DNA of 64,000 nt from Treponema sp. Its GTDB lineage: Bacteria; Spirochaetota; Spirochaetia; Treponematales; Treponemataceae. The translations under genes were made by a program, and so were the position numbers. Under the pieces are notes generated by a model. It saw nothing but the letters and a program-made list of their open reading frames with translations, was not told where the DNA came from and did no database searches. Below, one piece after another: positions 1-9,307 of the stretch. The first letter of the stretch is position 1; each line of letters begins with the position of its first letter. The DNA lies in the NCBI GenBank assembly GCA_024402635.1, contig JAKSTJ010000007.1:7188-71187 (forward strand), in the 5' to 3' direction.

Positions 1-321
1 ATAACCGTAGTTGTTTACAGCAAAATCATACTGTCCGCTGATTACACCCTGAAGAGCATCACCCTGAGAAAACTGAAGTTCATACTGTGGAAGACGATTA
101 AAGATTTCTCTTGTAATTTCAATATCAATACCAGTCAGTTCATCATTTTCATCAACGAATGTATATGGTGCAAGACCGGCATTTGTTACAGCCTTTACAA
201 TTGTTTTTCCTTCAGCATTTGCTTCTGCATTTCCATCATTTTTTAAGCAGCCTGAAAGTGAAAGTCCAAGTGCTACAACTGCTAAAATTGTTCCTGTAAT
301 TAATTTACTATTTTTTTTCAT
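1..321 (-). CDS. Amino-acid ABC transporter substrate-binding lipoprotein (5' part; runs off window start)
   Basis: Not in the ORF track. Read manually: MKKNSKFITGTILAVVALGLSLSGC (lipobox)...APYTFVDENDELTGIDIEI..., an SBP_bac_3-like motif. GGAG RBS at 330-333. Confidence 0.8.
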   Translation of the reverse strand, partial: MKKNSKLITGTILAVVALGLSLSGCLKNDGNAEANAEGKTIVKAVTNAGLAPYTFVDENDELTGIDIEITREIFNRLPQYELQFSQGDALQGVISGQYDFAVNNYGY

Positions 322-360
322 TTTTATTTCTCCTATACAATGGATTGTCCAATAAATATT

Positions 361-450
361 TGTCATGCTGACCCTGAAATAAATTCAGGGTGACGGTTTC
401 AGCATCCCATGGATTTTTTTGTGAGATCCTGAAACAAGTTCAGGATGACA
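361..450. repeat. REP-like palindromic element (GTCATGCTGA...TTCAGCATC / GATCCTGAAACAAGTTCAGGATGAC) with a nested extra hairpin
   Basis: Inverted repeats visible directly; related copies at 15036-15065 and 30100-30211. Confidence 0.75.
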
Positions 451-468
451 CTATCTTATTACTTAGCC

Positions 469-1737
469 CTATTTGTCAATTTTTCCTTTAAGAGGATTAA
501 TACTTGCATCTACATCCAGAACACCGTTCTTTGGATTTCTGTCTTCCCATGAAGGACTGTTCCAGATTGTCTTGCTGATTTCTGAAGCATATTCTTCATA
601 AGTTTCACCTGCTGGATGACGAAGATATAATTCATTTGGATGATTACTAAGTTTTGCACGGCTTCCATCATCTTTGTAAACTTCTGCCCAGTTTTCCTTT
701 GCAAGAATACGTGAGTTGTAATCTGCAAAAAGACTCTGTTTTTTAGAAGCATGACTTGCAGCTAGTACTGCAGGATCTGAATATTTGTGGAAAGCAGGAA
801 TTGCATTCAATTCTTTTACATAACCCCAGATATTTGGATAATCCTGAATACGATGTTTTGTTGGTCCAACATTTTTGTAATAGCTTACATCCCAGCGGAT
901 CAGTGTTACATAAGCACGAATGTCACTGTCTGTAATAAAGTCTCCAAAAAGGAAACGGTTATTTGAAAGACGAACTTCCAGTTTGTCCAGACTTTCATAG
1001 AAATCATCAAAAGCTTCGTGGTGAGCTTCAGGACTCTGACAGAATGCCATTCTGTAATGGGCATTGTTGATGTGAGGGAAAAGCCAGTCGTTGAACTGGT
1101 CAATTTCCTTACGGTATGCCTTTGGATAAAGATCCGGAGCATCTGGTGCCTGGAATGGTCTGAACTGAACTTCAATGTAGTTTGTAAGACGATGATAGTC
1201 GTTGTTTACAGTTTTCTTTTCTTTGTAATCTGCAAAAGTTGGAGTTGTTGCACGACCTTTGAATTCAGGATTTGCATTGTGATAAAGTTGACTCAAGAAA
1301 TAAACACCTGTACTTGGGTCTTTGAAATCTGCTTCGTTTCTAAAACCCCAACCGTACTTGTTGCTTACTCCTGTATGATCAACTCTGTAATCTTTAATAA
1401 CATCCTGAAGTCCTAAAATTTCCCGTGCAATAAGAGGTCTGTTTGACCAGTTACATCCTGTTGCCCAGTAAACAATGAAACGATCCTTGTCTGCTTTAAG
1501 ATCTCCTTCTTTATCTCCAAATGGCTGAATGAAAGCGTTAGGCTGACGAATAAAAGCTCCTCTTTCATCGATTTCGCTTATTGTTTCTTTTGGACGAGCT
1601 GCAGCTCCTGTTTCCTGTGCAAACTGTTCTGCAAGTTCATCTGTATATCGTTCTTCTGCAATATCCAGATTCTGGTTGTTCCCGCAACAGCTGCTTCCTC
1701 CTTTTACTAATGTTTCTACTGAATCTCCACATGCCAT
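469..1737 (-). CDS. Glutathionyl-hydroquinone reductase / omega(Xi)-class glutathione S-transferase (YqjG/ECM4-like)
   Basis: YWATGCNWSNR active-site region (CPWA equivalent), GRATTPT, INNAHYRMAF, RFLFGDFITDSDIRAYVTLIRWD. GGAGG RBS. Confidence 0.8.
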   Translation of the reverse strand: MACGDSVETLVKGGSSCCGNNQNLDIAEERYTDELAEQFAQETGAAARPKETISEIDERGAFIRQPNAFIQPFGDKEGDLKADKDRFIVYWATGCNWSNRPLIAREILGLQDVIKDYRVDHTGVSNKYGWGFRNEADFKDPSTGVYFLSQLYHNANPEFKGRATTPTFADYKEKKTVNNDYHRLTNYIEVQFRPFQAPDAPDLYPKAYRKEIDQFNDWLFPHINNAHYRMAFCQSPEAHHEAFDDFYESLDKLEVRLSNNRFLFGDFITDSDIRAYVTLIRWDVSYYKNVGPTKHRIQDYPNIWGYVKELNAIPAFHKYSDPAVLAASHASKKQSLFADYNSRILAKENWAEVYKDDGSRAKLSNHPNELYLRHPAGETYEEYASEISKTIWNSPSWEDRNPKNGVLDVDASINPLKGKIDK

Positions 1738-1816
1738 ATTGGGCCTCCTTAAATTAATTATTCCCTACTGTTTTACTAGGTAATTAGAATATTACAGAAT
1801 TCTTTTATTTGTTTGA

Positions 1817-1855
1817 AATACTAAATTTTAATGTTATGTAATAGGTTTTATTTAT
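1817..1855 (-). promoter_or_regulatory. Putative LysR-type two-box site upstream of the GST gene
   Basis: AATACTAA followed 24 nt later by ATAGGTTTTATTTAT (ATA-N9-TAT); same layout as 4318-4356. Confidence 0.5.
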
Positions 1856-1859
1856 AACG

Positions 1860-3041
1860 CTATAAAACTTTCACCAAGGCTTCCAAGCCTTTTTCCAAAT
1901 AGTCCCGACTGGTAGCTACATTAATTCTCTGGAACTTTTCACCTTCCTGTCCAAAAATGTTGCCCGGGTCCAGCCACAAATTTCCGTCCTCTGTAATACG
2001 GCGATTCAGCTCAGCATCATCGTAAGGAAGTGCAGAACAATCTATCCATAAAAGATAAGTTGCATCTGGCTTGCGGCATTTTAAAAGTCCTTTGGATTTT
2101 GTGTTGATGTAATTTACTGCAAAATCAAGATTACTGCTTATAAAATCATAAGCTTCTGAAAACCATTTTTCTCCGCAGGTATAAGCAGCTTCACAGGCAG
2201 TAAGTCCCAGAACACTTGGTTCGTCATAACCTGTTCTGTCCCGTTCAAGCCAGAATGCTTTGCGAAGATTTTCATCTGCAATAAAAATATTTGAAACCTG
2301 AAGTCCTGCCAGGTTAAAGCTTTTGCTTGGGCTAGTACAGGTCACAGTTATTTTTTCCACTTCTTTAGATAGGGATGCAAACACGGTATGAGTATTTGGC
2401 TTCCACACAAAATCAGCATGAATTTCATCACTAACAACTTTTACATTATGCTTAAGACAGATTTCTGAAATTTTAAAAAGCTCATCTTTTTTCCAGGATT
2501 TTCCACCCGGGTTATGAGGATTACACAAAAGGAAAAGTTTTACTTTATTGTCCACAATCTTCTTTTCAAAATCTTCGTAATCAACTGAATAATTGCCAAA
2601 TCCATTTTCATCTTTTTTCCAAATCAGTGGAGAAGTCACAACCTTTCTGTCATTTTTTACAATCACATTTTTGAAAGGATAATAAACAGGTGTCTGAATT
2701 AAAATAGCATCCTCTTCCTTTGTAAAAGCTTTGATTGCCGTTGCTAAGGCAAATACAACGCCTGGAGTTTCAATAAGCCATTCTCTTCTTACTTCATACT
2801 GGTGATGATTTTTCATCCATGCAGAAACTGCTTCAAAGTAATGGCTTTTAATATTTGTGTAACCAAAAATTCCGTGATTCACCCGTTCATGAACTGCTTC
2901 GAGAATTTCTGGAGCAGTTTTAAAATCCATATCTGCAACCCAGTAGGAAAGACAGTCATCCTTATGACCGCGTTCCGTTGTAAAATCAAATTTTAAGCTG
3001 TCTGTATTTTTTCTGTTAACAAAAGAAAAGTCGTAGCTCAT
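1860..3041 (-). CDS. patB: MalY/PatB-family PLP-dependent cystathionine beta-lyase
   Basis: WVADMDF, HGIFGY, LCNPHNP, SDEIH and SPSKSFNLAGL motifs. Start set at MSYDF because of a GGAGG RBS at 3047-3051. Confidence 0.88.
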   Translation of the reverse strand: MSYDFSFVNRKNTDSLKFDFTTERGHKDDCLSYWVADMDFKTAPEILEAVHERVNHGIFGYTNIKSHYFEAVSAWMKNHHQYEVRREWLIETPGVVFALATAIKAFTKEEDAILIQTPVYYPFKNVIVKNDRKVVTSPLIWKKDENGFGNYSVDYEDFEKKIVDNKVKLFLLCNPHNPGGKSWKKDELFKISEICLKHNVKVVSDEIHADFVWKPNTHTVFASLSKEVEKITVTCTSPSKSFNLAGLQVSNIFIADENLRKAFWLERDRTGYDEPSVLGLTACEAAYTCGEKWFSEAYDFISSNLDFAVNYINTKSKGLLKCRKPDATYLLWIDCSALPYDDAELNRRITEDGNLWLDPGNIFGQEGEKFQRINVATSRDYLEKGLEALVKVL

Positions 3042-3062
3042 TTTATCCTCCATTTTTGCCCC

Positions 3063-4259
3063 TTAATTTAAAGCCTGTTCCAGATCTGCAATCAGTTCAT
3101 CTGCATTTTCAATTCCAACGCTAAGTCTTAACAATTTATCATTAACACCAGCTTTTTCACGAAGTTCTTTTGGAATTGAATTATGGGTCTGAGTTACCGG
3201 ATACGTAATAAGGCTCTGCACTCCACCAAGACTTTCTGCAAAACTTATTACCTTAAATCTGGAAAGAATTTCGGGAATCTTTTTTTCATCCTTAACGTAA
3301 AAACTGATCATTGCACCAAACCGTTTCGACTGATTTTTCTGAACCTCAAGTTCATCACCCGAAGCAAAACCTGCAAAGAAAACTTTTTCCACAGTCGGAA
3401 CAGTTTTCAAAAAGTCGGCAATTTTTTCAGCGTTGTCACAGGATCTGTCCATACGCAAAGGAAGTGTTTTAATTCCACGAAGAACAAGCCAGCTGTCAAA
3501 AGGAGAAAGTGCTGCACCTTCGCTCATTGCCTGTGCTCTGAAAAATTCATCGTTTTCTTTTCCTGAATAACAAAGGAACCCTGCAAGCACATCATTGTGT
3601 CCACCAAGATATTTTGTTCCAGAATGAATAATACAATCCGCTCCAAATTTTTCTGGTTGCTGCAGATATGGCGAAAGGAATGTATTGTCCACACATAAAG
3701 TTCCGCCGTTTTTATGAATAAGGTCAGCACAGAATTTTATGTCTGTAATTCTCATCATTGGATTTGAAGGAGTTTCTATAAAGAGTGCTTTTGTTTCAGG
3801 TTTGATTGAAGCAAGAAGTTTTTCTTTATTGCTTGTATCCATAAATTCAAAGTTGATTCCGTAACGGCTGTAATGATTGAACATACGCCAGGTTCCACCG
3901 TAAAGGTCTTCGCTTACTAGAACATGGTCACCAGGAACAAATTGCTTTACCCAGGTAGAAATTGCAGCCATGCCGGAAGAAAAAGCAAGGCCATATTCAG
4001 TGTGTTCAAGAGCGGCCACAGTCTGTTCCAGTTCAAGGCGGGTCGGATTCAAGCCGCGACTATAATCAAAGCCCGAAGAATGATTTAAATCAGGATGTGC
4101 AAAAGTTGAAGACAAAACAATTGGTGTACTTAATGCACCAGTTTTACTTTCTGTTTTTGTCCAACCGTGAGCACAAAATGTTTCTATAGATATTTCTTTG
4201 TCCCAACAGGGACAGGGACTTTCTCCGTGTGCCCCGTTTCCATTTATACTTACACTCAT
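3063..4259 (-). CDS. metB: Cystathionine gamma-synthase-type PLP transsulfuration enzyme
   Basis: DYSRGLNPTR, FSSGMAA, ETPSNP, HSGTKYLGGHNDV, ESLGG, LRLSVGIE. Alternative start at 4271. Confidence 0.8.
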   Translation of the reverse strand: MSVSINGNGAHGESPCPCWDKEISIETFCAHGWTKTESKTGALSTPIVLSSTFAHPDLNHSSGFDYSRGLNPTRLELEQTVAALEHTEYGLAFSSGMAAISTWVKQFVPGDHVLVSEDLYGGTWRMFNHYSRYGINFEFMDTSNKEKLLASIKPETKALFIETPSNPMMRITDIKFCADLIHKNGGTLCVDNTFLSPYLQQPEKFGADCIIHSGTKYLGGHNDVLAGFLCYSGKENDEFFRAQAMSEGAALSPFDSWLVLRGIKTLPLRMDRSCDNAEKIADFLKTVPTVEKVFFAGFASGDELEVQKNQSKRFGAMISFYVKDEKKIPEILSRFKVISFAESLGGVQSLITYPVTQTHNSIPKELREKAGVNDKLLRLSVGIENADELIADLEQALN

Positions 4260-4317
4260 AAGTTCTCCCATAAAATTTTTTATACATTTAATTTATTTAC
4301 TTATGGGAACTTTGAAT

Positions 4318-4356
4318 AATACTAAGTTTCAATTATGAGTCATAAGATTATCTTAT
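4318..4356. promoter_or_regulatory. LysR recognition site ATAAGA-TTA-TCTTAT (T-N11-A) between divergent metB and lysR
   Basis: Perfect palindrome at 4342-4356 plus an AATACTAA box at 4318. Confidence 0.6.
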
Positions 4357-4414
4357 ACCTACCTAATAGATAGGCATATAGACAAAGGTTATAAATTTTT
4401 CCTATAATATTTAT

Positions 4415-5350
4415 ATGACACTACAGCAGCTAAAATATGTAATTGGCGTTTCTGAAATTGGATCATTAAATAAAGCCTCAGAAAAACTTTATGTTTCACA
4501 GCCTTCTCTTACTGCGGCAATTAAAGAAGTTGAAAGTGAATTCAATGTAAAACTTTTTAACCGCTCAAGCAAAGGAATCAGTCTGACAAACGAAGGTAAA
4601 GATTTTGTTCAGCATGCCCGTCAGATTTATGCACAATATGAAAGTCTCCTTGATGACTTTGATCCTTCAAAAAAACGAAAGAAGAAATTTGCCGTAAGCT
4701 GTCAGCATTATTCATTCTGTGTAAAATCTTTTATAAATCTGATGAAGAAATATGAAAAGGAAAATTCTTCTTCACAGTATGAATTTGCAATTAACGAAAC
4801 AAGAACTCTAACTGTAGTTGATGATGTTTCAAATTTACGAAGCGAAATTGGAATTTTAAATCTTTCCAACTTCAACCGGTCCTACATCACAAAACTTTTA
4901 AAATCAAATGATCTTGTTTTTACTCCTCTTGTATCATGCAAAACTTATGTGTATCTCTGGAAAAAACATCCACTGGCAAAAAAAGAATCTCTCTGCTTTG
5001 AAGATTTAAAACCTTATCCTGTTTTAATGTTTGATCAAAATGCAATGAGTTCCCTTTATCTTACAGAAGAAATTTTTGCAGACCGGGATTACGACAAAAT
5101 CATTAAAACAACAGACCGTGCTACAAACCTGAACCTTATGGCTGGAATGAATGCCTACTGTTTGTGTTCTGGAATTATCAGCAACGAATTGAATGGTAAC
5201 GATTTTATTGCAGTGCCATTCCACGATAAAGAAAACTCTGATGATGTAATAGAAATTGGATACATTACAAAATCAAATGTTATTCTTTCTGAAGCAGGTG
5301 AAGACTACCTTAAAGAGCTGAAAAAATATTTAAAAACTACCCTTGCTTAA
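4415..5350 (+). CDS. LysR-family transcriptional regulator (sulfur amino-acid type)
   Basis: MTLQQLKY...GSLNKASEKLYVSQPSLT HTH; divergent from metB. Confidence 0.92.
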   Translation: MTLQQLKYVIGVSEIGSLNKASEKLYVSQPSLTAAIKEVESEFNVKLFNRSSKGISLTNEGKDFVQHARQIYAQYESLLDDFDPSKKRKKKFAVSCQHYSFCVKSFINLMKKYEKENSSSQYEFAINETRTLTVVDDVSNLRSEIGILNLSNFNRSYITKLLKSNDLVFTPLVSCKTYVYLWKKHPLAKKESLCFEDLKPYPVLMFDQNAMSSLYLTEEIFADRDYDKIIKTTDRATNLNLMAGMNAYCLCSGIISNELNGNDFIAVPFHDKENSDDVIEIGYITKSNVILSEAGEDYLKELKKYLKTTLA

Positions 5351-5353
5351 TTT

Positions 5354-5761
5354 TTATAATTTTTCAGTTACAGTTTTCAAATCTGCCGGTGTATTTTTTA
5401 CCGCAATCTGAAAATCATCTTCGTAAATAATTTCACCTGGCACCTGGTCGCATTCAGTTTTGTACAATTGTAATCCATATTTTGCGGCCATCGCTCTATA
5501 AAATGTCATCTGATTGTAAATATCATTTCCTTCCGGAGTGTTTTTAAACCATGTTGTTGCATGATCCGGATTTCCCTGCTCATAAAATGGAGGAACCGGC
5601 AGTATCTTTTCAAAATATTCCCGGTTTTTCCAGTATTCAGCAGTTTCTTCTTCTGTCAATGTTTTTGAATCTACCAGTTTTCCAACGGCTGTAAAAATTC
5701 CGCGAGGCTGCTGCGTAATCCATGCAATGTCTGCGGTGTGAACTCTGTAATATTTACTCAT
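5354..5761 (-). CDS. Hypothetical protein
   Basis: 135-aa ORF filling the gap, with coding-like composition; no family recognised. Confidence 0.7.
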   Translation of the reverse strand: MSKYYRVHTADIAWITQQPRGIFTAVGKLVDSKTLTEEETAEYWKNREYFEKILPVPPFYEQGNPDHATTWFKNTPEGNDIYNQMTFYRAMAAKYGLQLYKTECDQVPGEIIYEDDFQIAVKNTPADLKTVTEKL

Positions 5762-5887
5762 GATTTAATTATACGGGAGTTTGGATTTTTTTACATAAAG
5801 TTGTGATTTAAAAAATATGTAATATTATTATACAAACTTTGACTATTATATTTGACATTTATTTTCATTATGATTAATATTTAAGAT

Positions 5888-6436
5888 ATGAAAGAAACGA
5901 TAAAAAAATTGCGAGAACAAAATAATTACTCTCAGTCAGCATTAGCAGAACTGCTTCATATTTCAAGACAAATGTATGTTAAATATGAAAATGGAGAAGT
6001 TGATCCACCTGTAAAAATTATTATGAAGTTATGCTCTATTTATAAAGTTTCTTATGATTTTATTATTGATAATAAACTTTTGGATATACAATCGACTGAG
6101 AAAAATGATGAAGTTTCCTATGATGATAATAATATCTATACATTAAAAATTGCCTCTCCAGCTCCACCATATGGCAGCTCTGTTAGTTATAAAAATAAAA
6201 GCACATGGTCTTTTGAAATGGTAGTTGAAGCATTGTGAAAAATTCCTGAAGAGCAGTTTTCTTCTATCCTTGCTTTTATTAATTTTCTGAATATGCAGAA
6301 TCAGGAAATAAAGACAGCAAAACCATCTGTAATAAGTAATAAAGAAAAATCCAAAGAAAATTTTTTTAATCTGGCAGGGAAAATAGATCTTAATCAGGAT
6401 GAATTAACAAAATTCAGGGAGAAGAGCCTTATATGA
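5888..6436 (+). pseudogene. XRE-HTH antitoxin interrupted by an in-frame TGA at 6236-6238
   Basis: HTH_3 N-terminus resembles 15907..16464. The frame stays open for 65 codons after the TGA (KIPEEQFSSILAFINFL...FNLAGKIDL...REKSLI) and ends at an ATGA overlap with the PIN remnant. Confidence 0.75.
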
Positions 6437-6567
6437 TTTTAGTTGATTCAAATATTTTTATTGATTTTTGGAAAAATCCCCTGGAAACTCAAAAAGAGAT
6501 TTTTCTTCATAATGAAATTGCAATCTGTGGGGTTGTAAAACCAGAATTAAAAATATTTCAAAATTAA
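6433..6567 (+). pseudogene. Truncated PIN/VapC toxin (44 aa)
   Basis: MILVDSNIFIDFWK...IAICGVVKPEL is a PIN N-terminus; the rest is missing. Confidence 0.75.
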
Positions 6568-6582
6568 GAGGAGGGAGATTTT

Positions 6583-7053
6583 ATGCCAACACAAAATATC
6601 CAATTTCGCCTGCTAAAAGAAAAAGATTTACCATCCTTACTGGAACTTTACGTTCAACTAGATGAAAACAATAAGGATTTGACAGCTCAAGGCTCCCTGC
6701 CAGTGTGGGATGAAATTTCAAAAAATCCAAACATAAAATATTTTGGCGCAATTGATACTACCAATGGGGACAAAGTCGTTTCTACCTGTTATACAATAAT
6801 TATTCCAAATCTTACTGCCCACGGCCGCTCCATCTGCTTTCTGGAAAATGTAGTTACAGATGCCGCATACCGCAAACAAGGATTAGGCCGTAAAGTTATA
6901 GAAATGGCCATTGAAGATGCAAAAGCTCACAACTGCTACAAGGTAATTTTACAAAGTAACTGCAAACGTACAGAAGCTCACAAGTTTTACGAAAATCTTG
7001 GATTTGACGGTAATTTGAAAAAAGCTTTCCAAAAAAATGTAAACCGAAAGTAG
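6583..7053 (+). CDS. GNAT acetyltransferase
   Basis: LENVVTDAAYRKQGLG, AHKFYENLGF; GAGGAGG RBS. Confidence 0.9.
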   Translation: MPTQNIQFRLLKEKDLPSLLELYVQLDENNKDLTAQGSLPVWDEISKNPNIKYFGAIDTTNGDKVVSTCYTIIIPNLTAHGRSICFLENVVTDAAYRKQGLGRKVIEMAIEDAKAHNCYKVILQSNCKRTEAHKFYENLGFDGNLKKAFQKNVNRK

Positions 7054-7088
7054 TTTCAACTGCTGAGGATTTACTATATTAAAAATGT

Positions 7089-7646
7089 TTAATTTATACT
7101 CCAAATTATTTTTTCAACTCTAATTTTTCCGCCAAGAAGAGTTTCAACTAATTCCCCTTTTGTTTTTCCGCTCCAATATTCTTTTGCCTGTGCAATTTTC
7201 TTTTCAAAACTGTCCCCATTTATCTGGGGAAGAAAAATTGCATCACCTGTAAAAGATTCAGCATCAGAAGTTAATTCAACTATCTGAAGTATTTTTCGAT
7301 TAAAACTCTGAAAGTTTTCTTTCCATTTATATACTTCATCCATAGTTTTGCATACGTATAAACATTTTAATCGAGATGGCTTTTCAGGGAAATCTGTAAA
7401 TCGAACTAATTCAGTTATAGTTTCCCGTACCGCCCGAGACTGATTGAATACATAATCCTGAATAACAAGTTTTCCGTTATCAGAATAATCATTTTCGTTC
7501 AGCACTTGAAAAACATCAGCACCATCATTTCGTCTGGCTTCTCTTTTCATCCAGAAATCATACAGGCGGTTGTAATTATCACCAGAAAAATCAATTATCT
7601 GTCCTTCATACATTGGTATTCTGGTTACAAGATGATAGTACTTCAT
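7089..7646 (-). CDS. DUF2441-like protein (possible ADP-ribosyltransferase fold)
   Basis: YYH...RETITELVR...FPEKPSRLKCLY...EYWSG...ETLLGG pattern; ATGA overlap with the upstream sigma gene. Confidence 0.65.
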   Translation of the reverse strand: MKYYHLVTRIPMYEGQIIDFSGDNYNRLYDFWMKREARRNDGADVFQVLNENDYSDNGKLVIQDYVFNQSRAVRETITELVRFTDFPEKPSRLKCLYVCKTMDEVYKWKENFQSFNRKILQIVELTSDAESFTGDAIFLPQINGDSFEKKIAQAKEYWSGKTKGELVETLLGGKIRVEKIIWSIN

Positions 7647-9289
7647 AAGTTACTCTCCATAAATCCCACAGGAAGTTTGTCAATAAACATCATAAGATTT
7701 GCAGTTATTTTTTCAGATTCAGACAAAGATTTGAATGTGCCATTTTCATACAGTAAGTCCAAAACCATCATTGCAACCTGACTTCCAATAAACTGCTGAA
7801 CGAAATCAACAATTACCAGATCCTGCATTTGTGATGGATAACTTTTTGCTACCACCATTGCCTGTTCCAAAGCATAATCTGCAAATTCATCCACAATTTC
7901 TTTATCCAAAGCTGGAATCATATTGTAAAAATCATCGTAAGAAGTTTTTGCCAGCATGATGTTGATTTTGCCATTTGCAGAAAGAAATTTGCGTTCATAA
8001 AGACGATTAAACTTTTCAGCATTGGCAGTTGTGTCGGAAATTGCTCCAGTTAAAACTTCGTAGATGTATTCATAATCTTCAGTTTTATTGTTCATCCATG
8101 CACCGGTTCTGTTATCAAAACGAGTATCTGCCGACCAGGAATAAATAGATGGATATTTTTGGGAATCTCTGGACATAATTCCGCAACAATTATAATCAAC
8201 TTGATTTTCCTTCAAACTTAATTTGAAATCAGGATCAGAAATTTCTACATCTGTGAAAGCCTGAACAAAATAATCGCCGCCATCCAAAGTTTTTATTCTG
8301 TATTTTGCAACATCTTTTTCTACAGGAAGAACACATTTCTGGCAAATTCCATAAAAAATTGCAGCCGCTTCAAAAAGTTCTCTGTTACCCCCAGGAATGT
8401 AAACTTCAGTAAAATCTTTTACCGCAGCACGAACTTTTGGAACATATTTTTCCACCAGAATATTAGCCACTTTGATCTTTTGTTTCAGTATATTTTCTCC
8501 TAATTCCAAAGAAATGTTTTTTGGAGAAAATTTAACATAAGTTGTAAAACGCTTTTTTTCAGTTTCTACAAGAAAACCGTTTTCCGCCAGAAGATTGATT
8601 CTGTCTTCAAGAAAAACTGGAGTCATTCCCAGTTCTTCTGCAATTTCTTCCACTGTTTTTGGTTCGTAATAAACACTATATACAATATTCTGATTTAGTT
8701 TGTCCTGTAAATAAAATTCTGGACCACCATTAGTTCCAGGTTTTCCGCTGTGACCAAATCCATTAGCCTGAATAGGATTAATTCCCAAATTTCCAACTTT
8801 TCTTTCCATTGAAAAGCCCTCCTTTAAATCGTTACGAGCTTTATTCAAATGCCATTTTACAGTTCCTTCCGGCAAGTTCTGTTCTTTAGCAATTTGATGG
8901 ATAGTTTTATCCTGGTAATAGAATGAATAGATGATTTTCCGCCGTGCTGAAGACAAAAATCCGATTTCTTTACGGAGTTTTTTCAACTCTTCTTCCGCTT
9001 CTCCAAAATCAATTTTGTCGTAATATGCCAAATCTAAACCATCAATTGCAACACCTTGTTTCTTTTTTGTTTCAGAAACATATTTTGCATAGGTATGCTG
9101 ACAGATTCTCCAGACATAACCTTCCATATTTGCAATTTTGTCTGCCTGCAGCAATGAAAGGTATACTTCCTTTAGCATTTCACCACTTAATTCCTCTGCT
9201 TCGTCATAAGAAAATGATTTTTTTACAGCAAAACCGAAAATCTTTTTTGAGTACTCTACAATAATCTGATCAGTTGTTTTCTTATCCAT
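7643..9289 (-). CDS. ECF sigma-70 factor with long C-terminal extension (wHTH plus unknown domain), paralog 1
   Basis: Region 2 (EAEELSGE...GYVWRIC), region 4 (QIAKEQNLPEGTVKWHLNKAR), second HTH (KTVEEIAEELGMTPVFLEDRINLLAENGFL). Confidence 0.85.
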   Translation of the reverse strand: MDKKTTDQIIVEYSKKIFGFAVKKSFSYDEAEELSGEMLKEVYLSLLQADKIANMEGYVWRICQHTYAKYVSETKKKQGVAIDGLDLAYYDKIDFGEAEEELKKLRKEIGFLSSARRKIIYSFYYQDKTIHQIAKEQNLPEGTVKWHLNKARNDLKEGFSMERKVGNLGINPIQANGFGHSGKPGTNGGPEFYLQDKLNQNIVYSVYYEPKTVEEIAEELGMTPVFLEDRINLLAENGFLVETEKKRFTTYVKFSPKNISLELGENILKQKIKVANILVEKYVPKVRAAVKDFTEVYIPGGNRELFEAAAIFYGICQKCVLPVEKDVAKYRIKTLDGGDYFVQAFTDVEISDPDFKLSLKENQVDYNCCGIMSRDSQKYPSIYSWSADTRFDNRTGAWMNNKTEDYEYIYEVLTGAISDTTANAEKFNRLYERKFLSANGKINIMLAKTSYDDFYNMIPALDKEIVDEFADYALEQAMVVAKSYPSQMQDLVIVDFVQQFIGSQVAMMVLDLLYENGTFKSLSESEKITANLMMFIDKLPVGFMESNL

Positions 9290-9307
9290 TCTTAACGCGC
9301 TCTTTGC

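Noticed and set aside
6236-6238. Selenocysteine or recoded TGA
   Set aside because: TGA is used as a normal stop elsewhere in the window, no SECIS-like hairpin follows, and the adjacent toxin is also broken, so a nonsense mutation is simpler.
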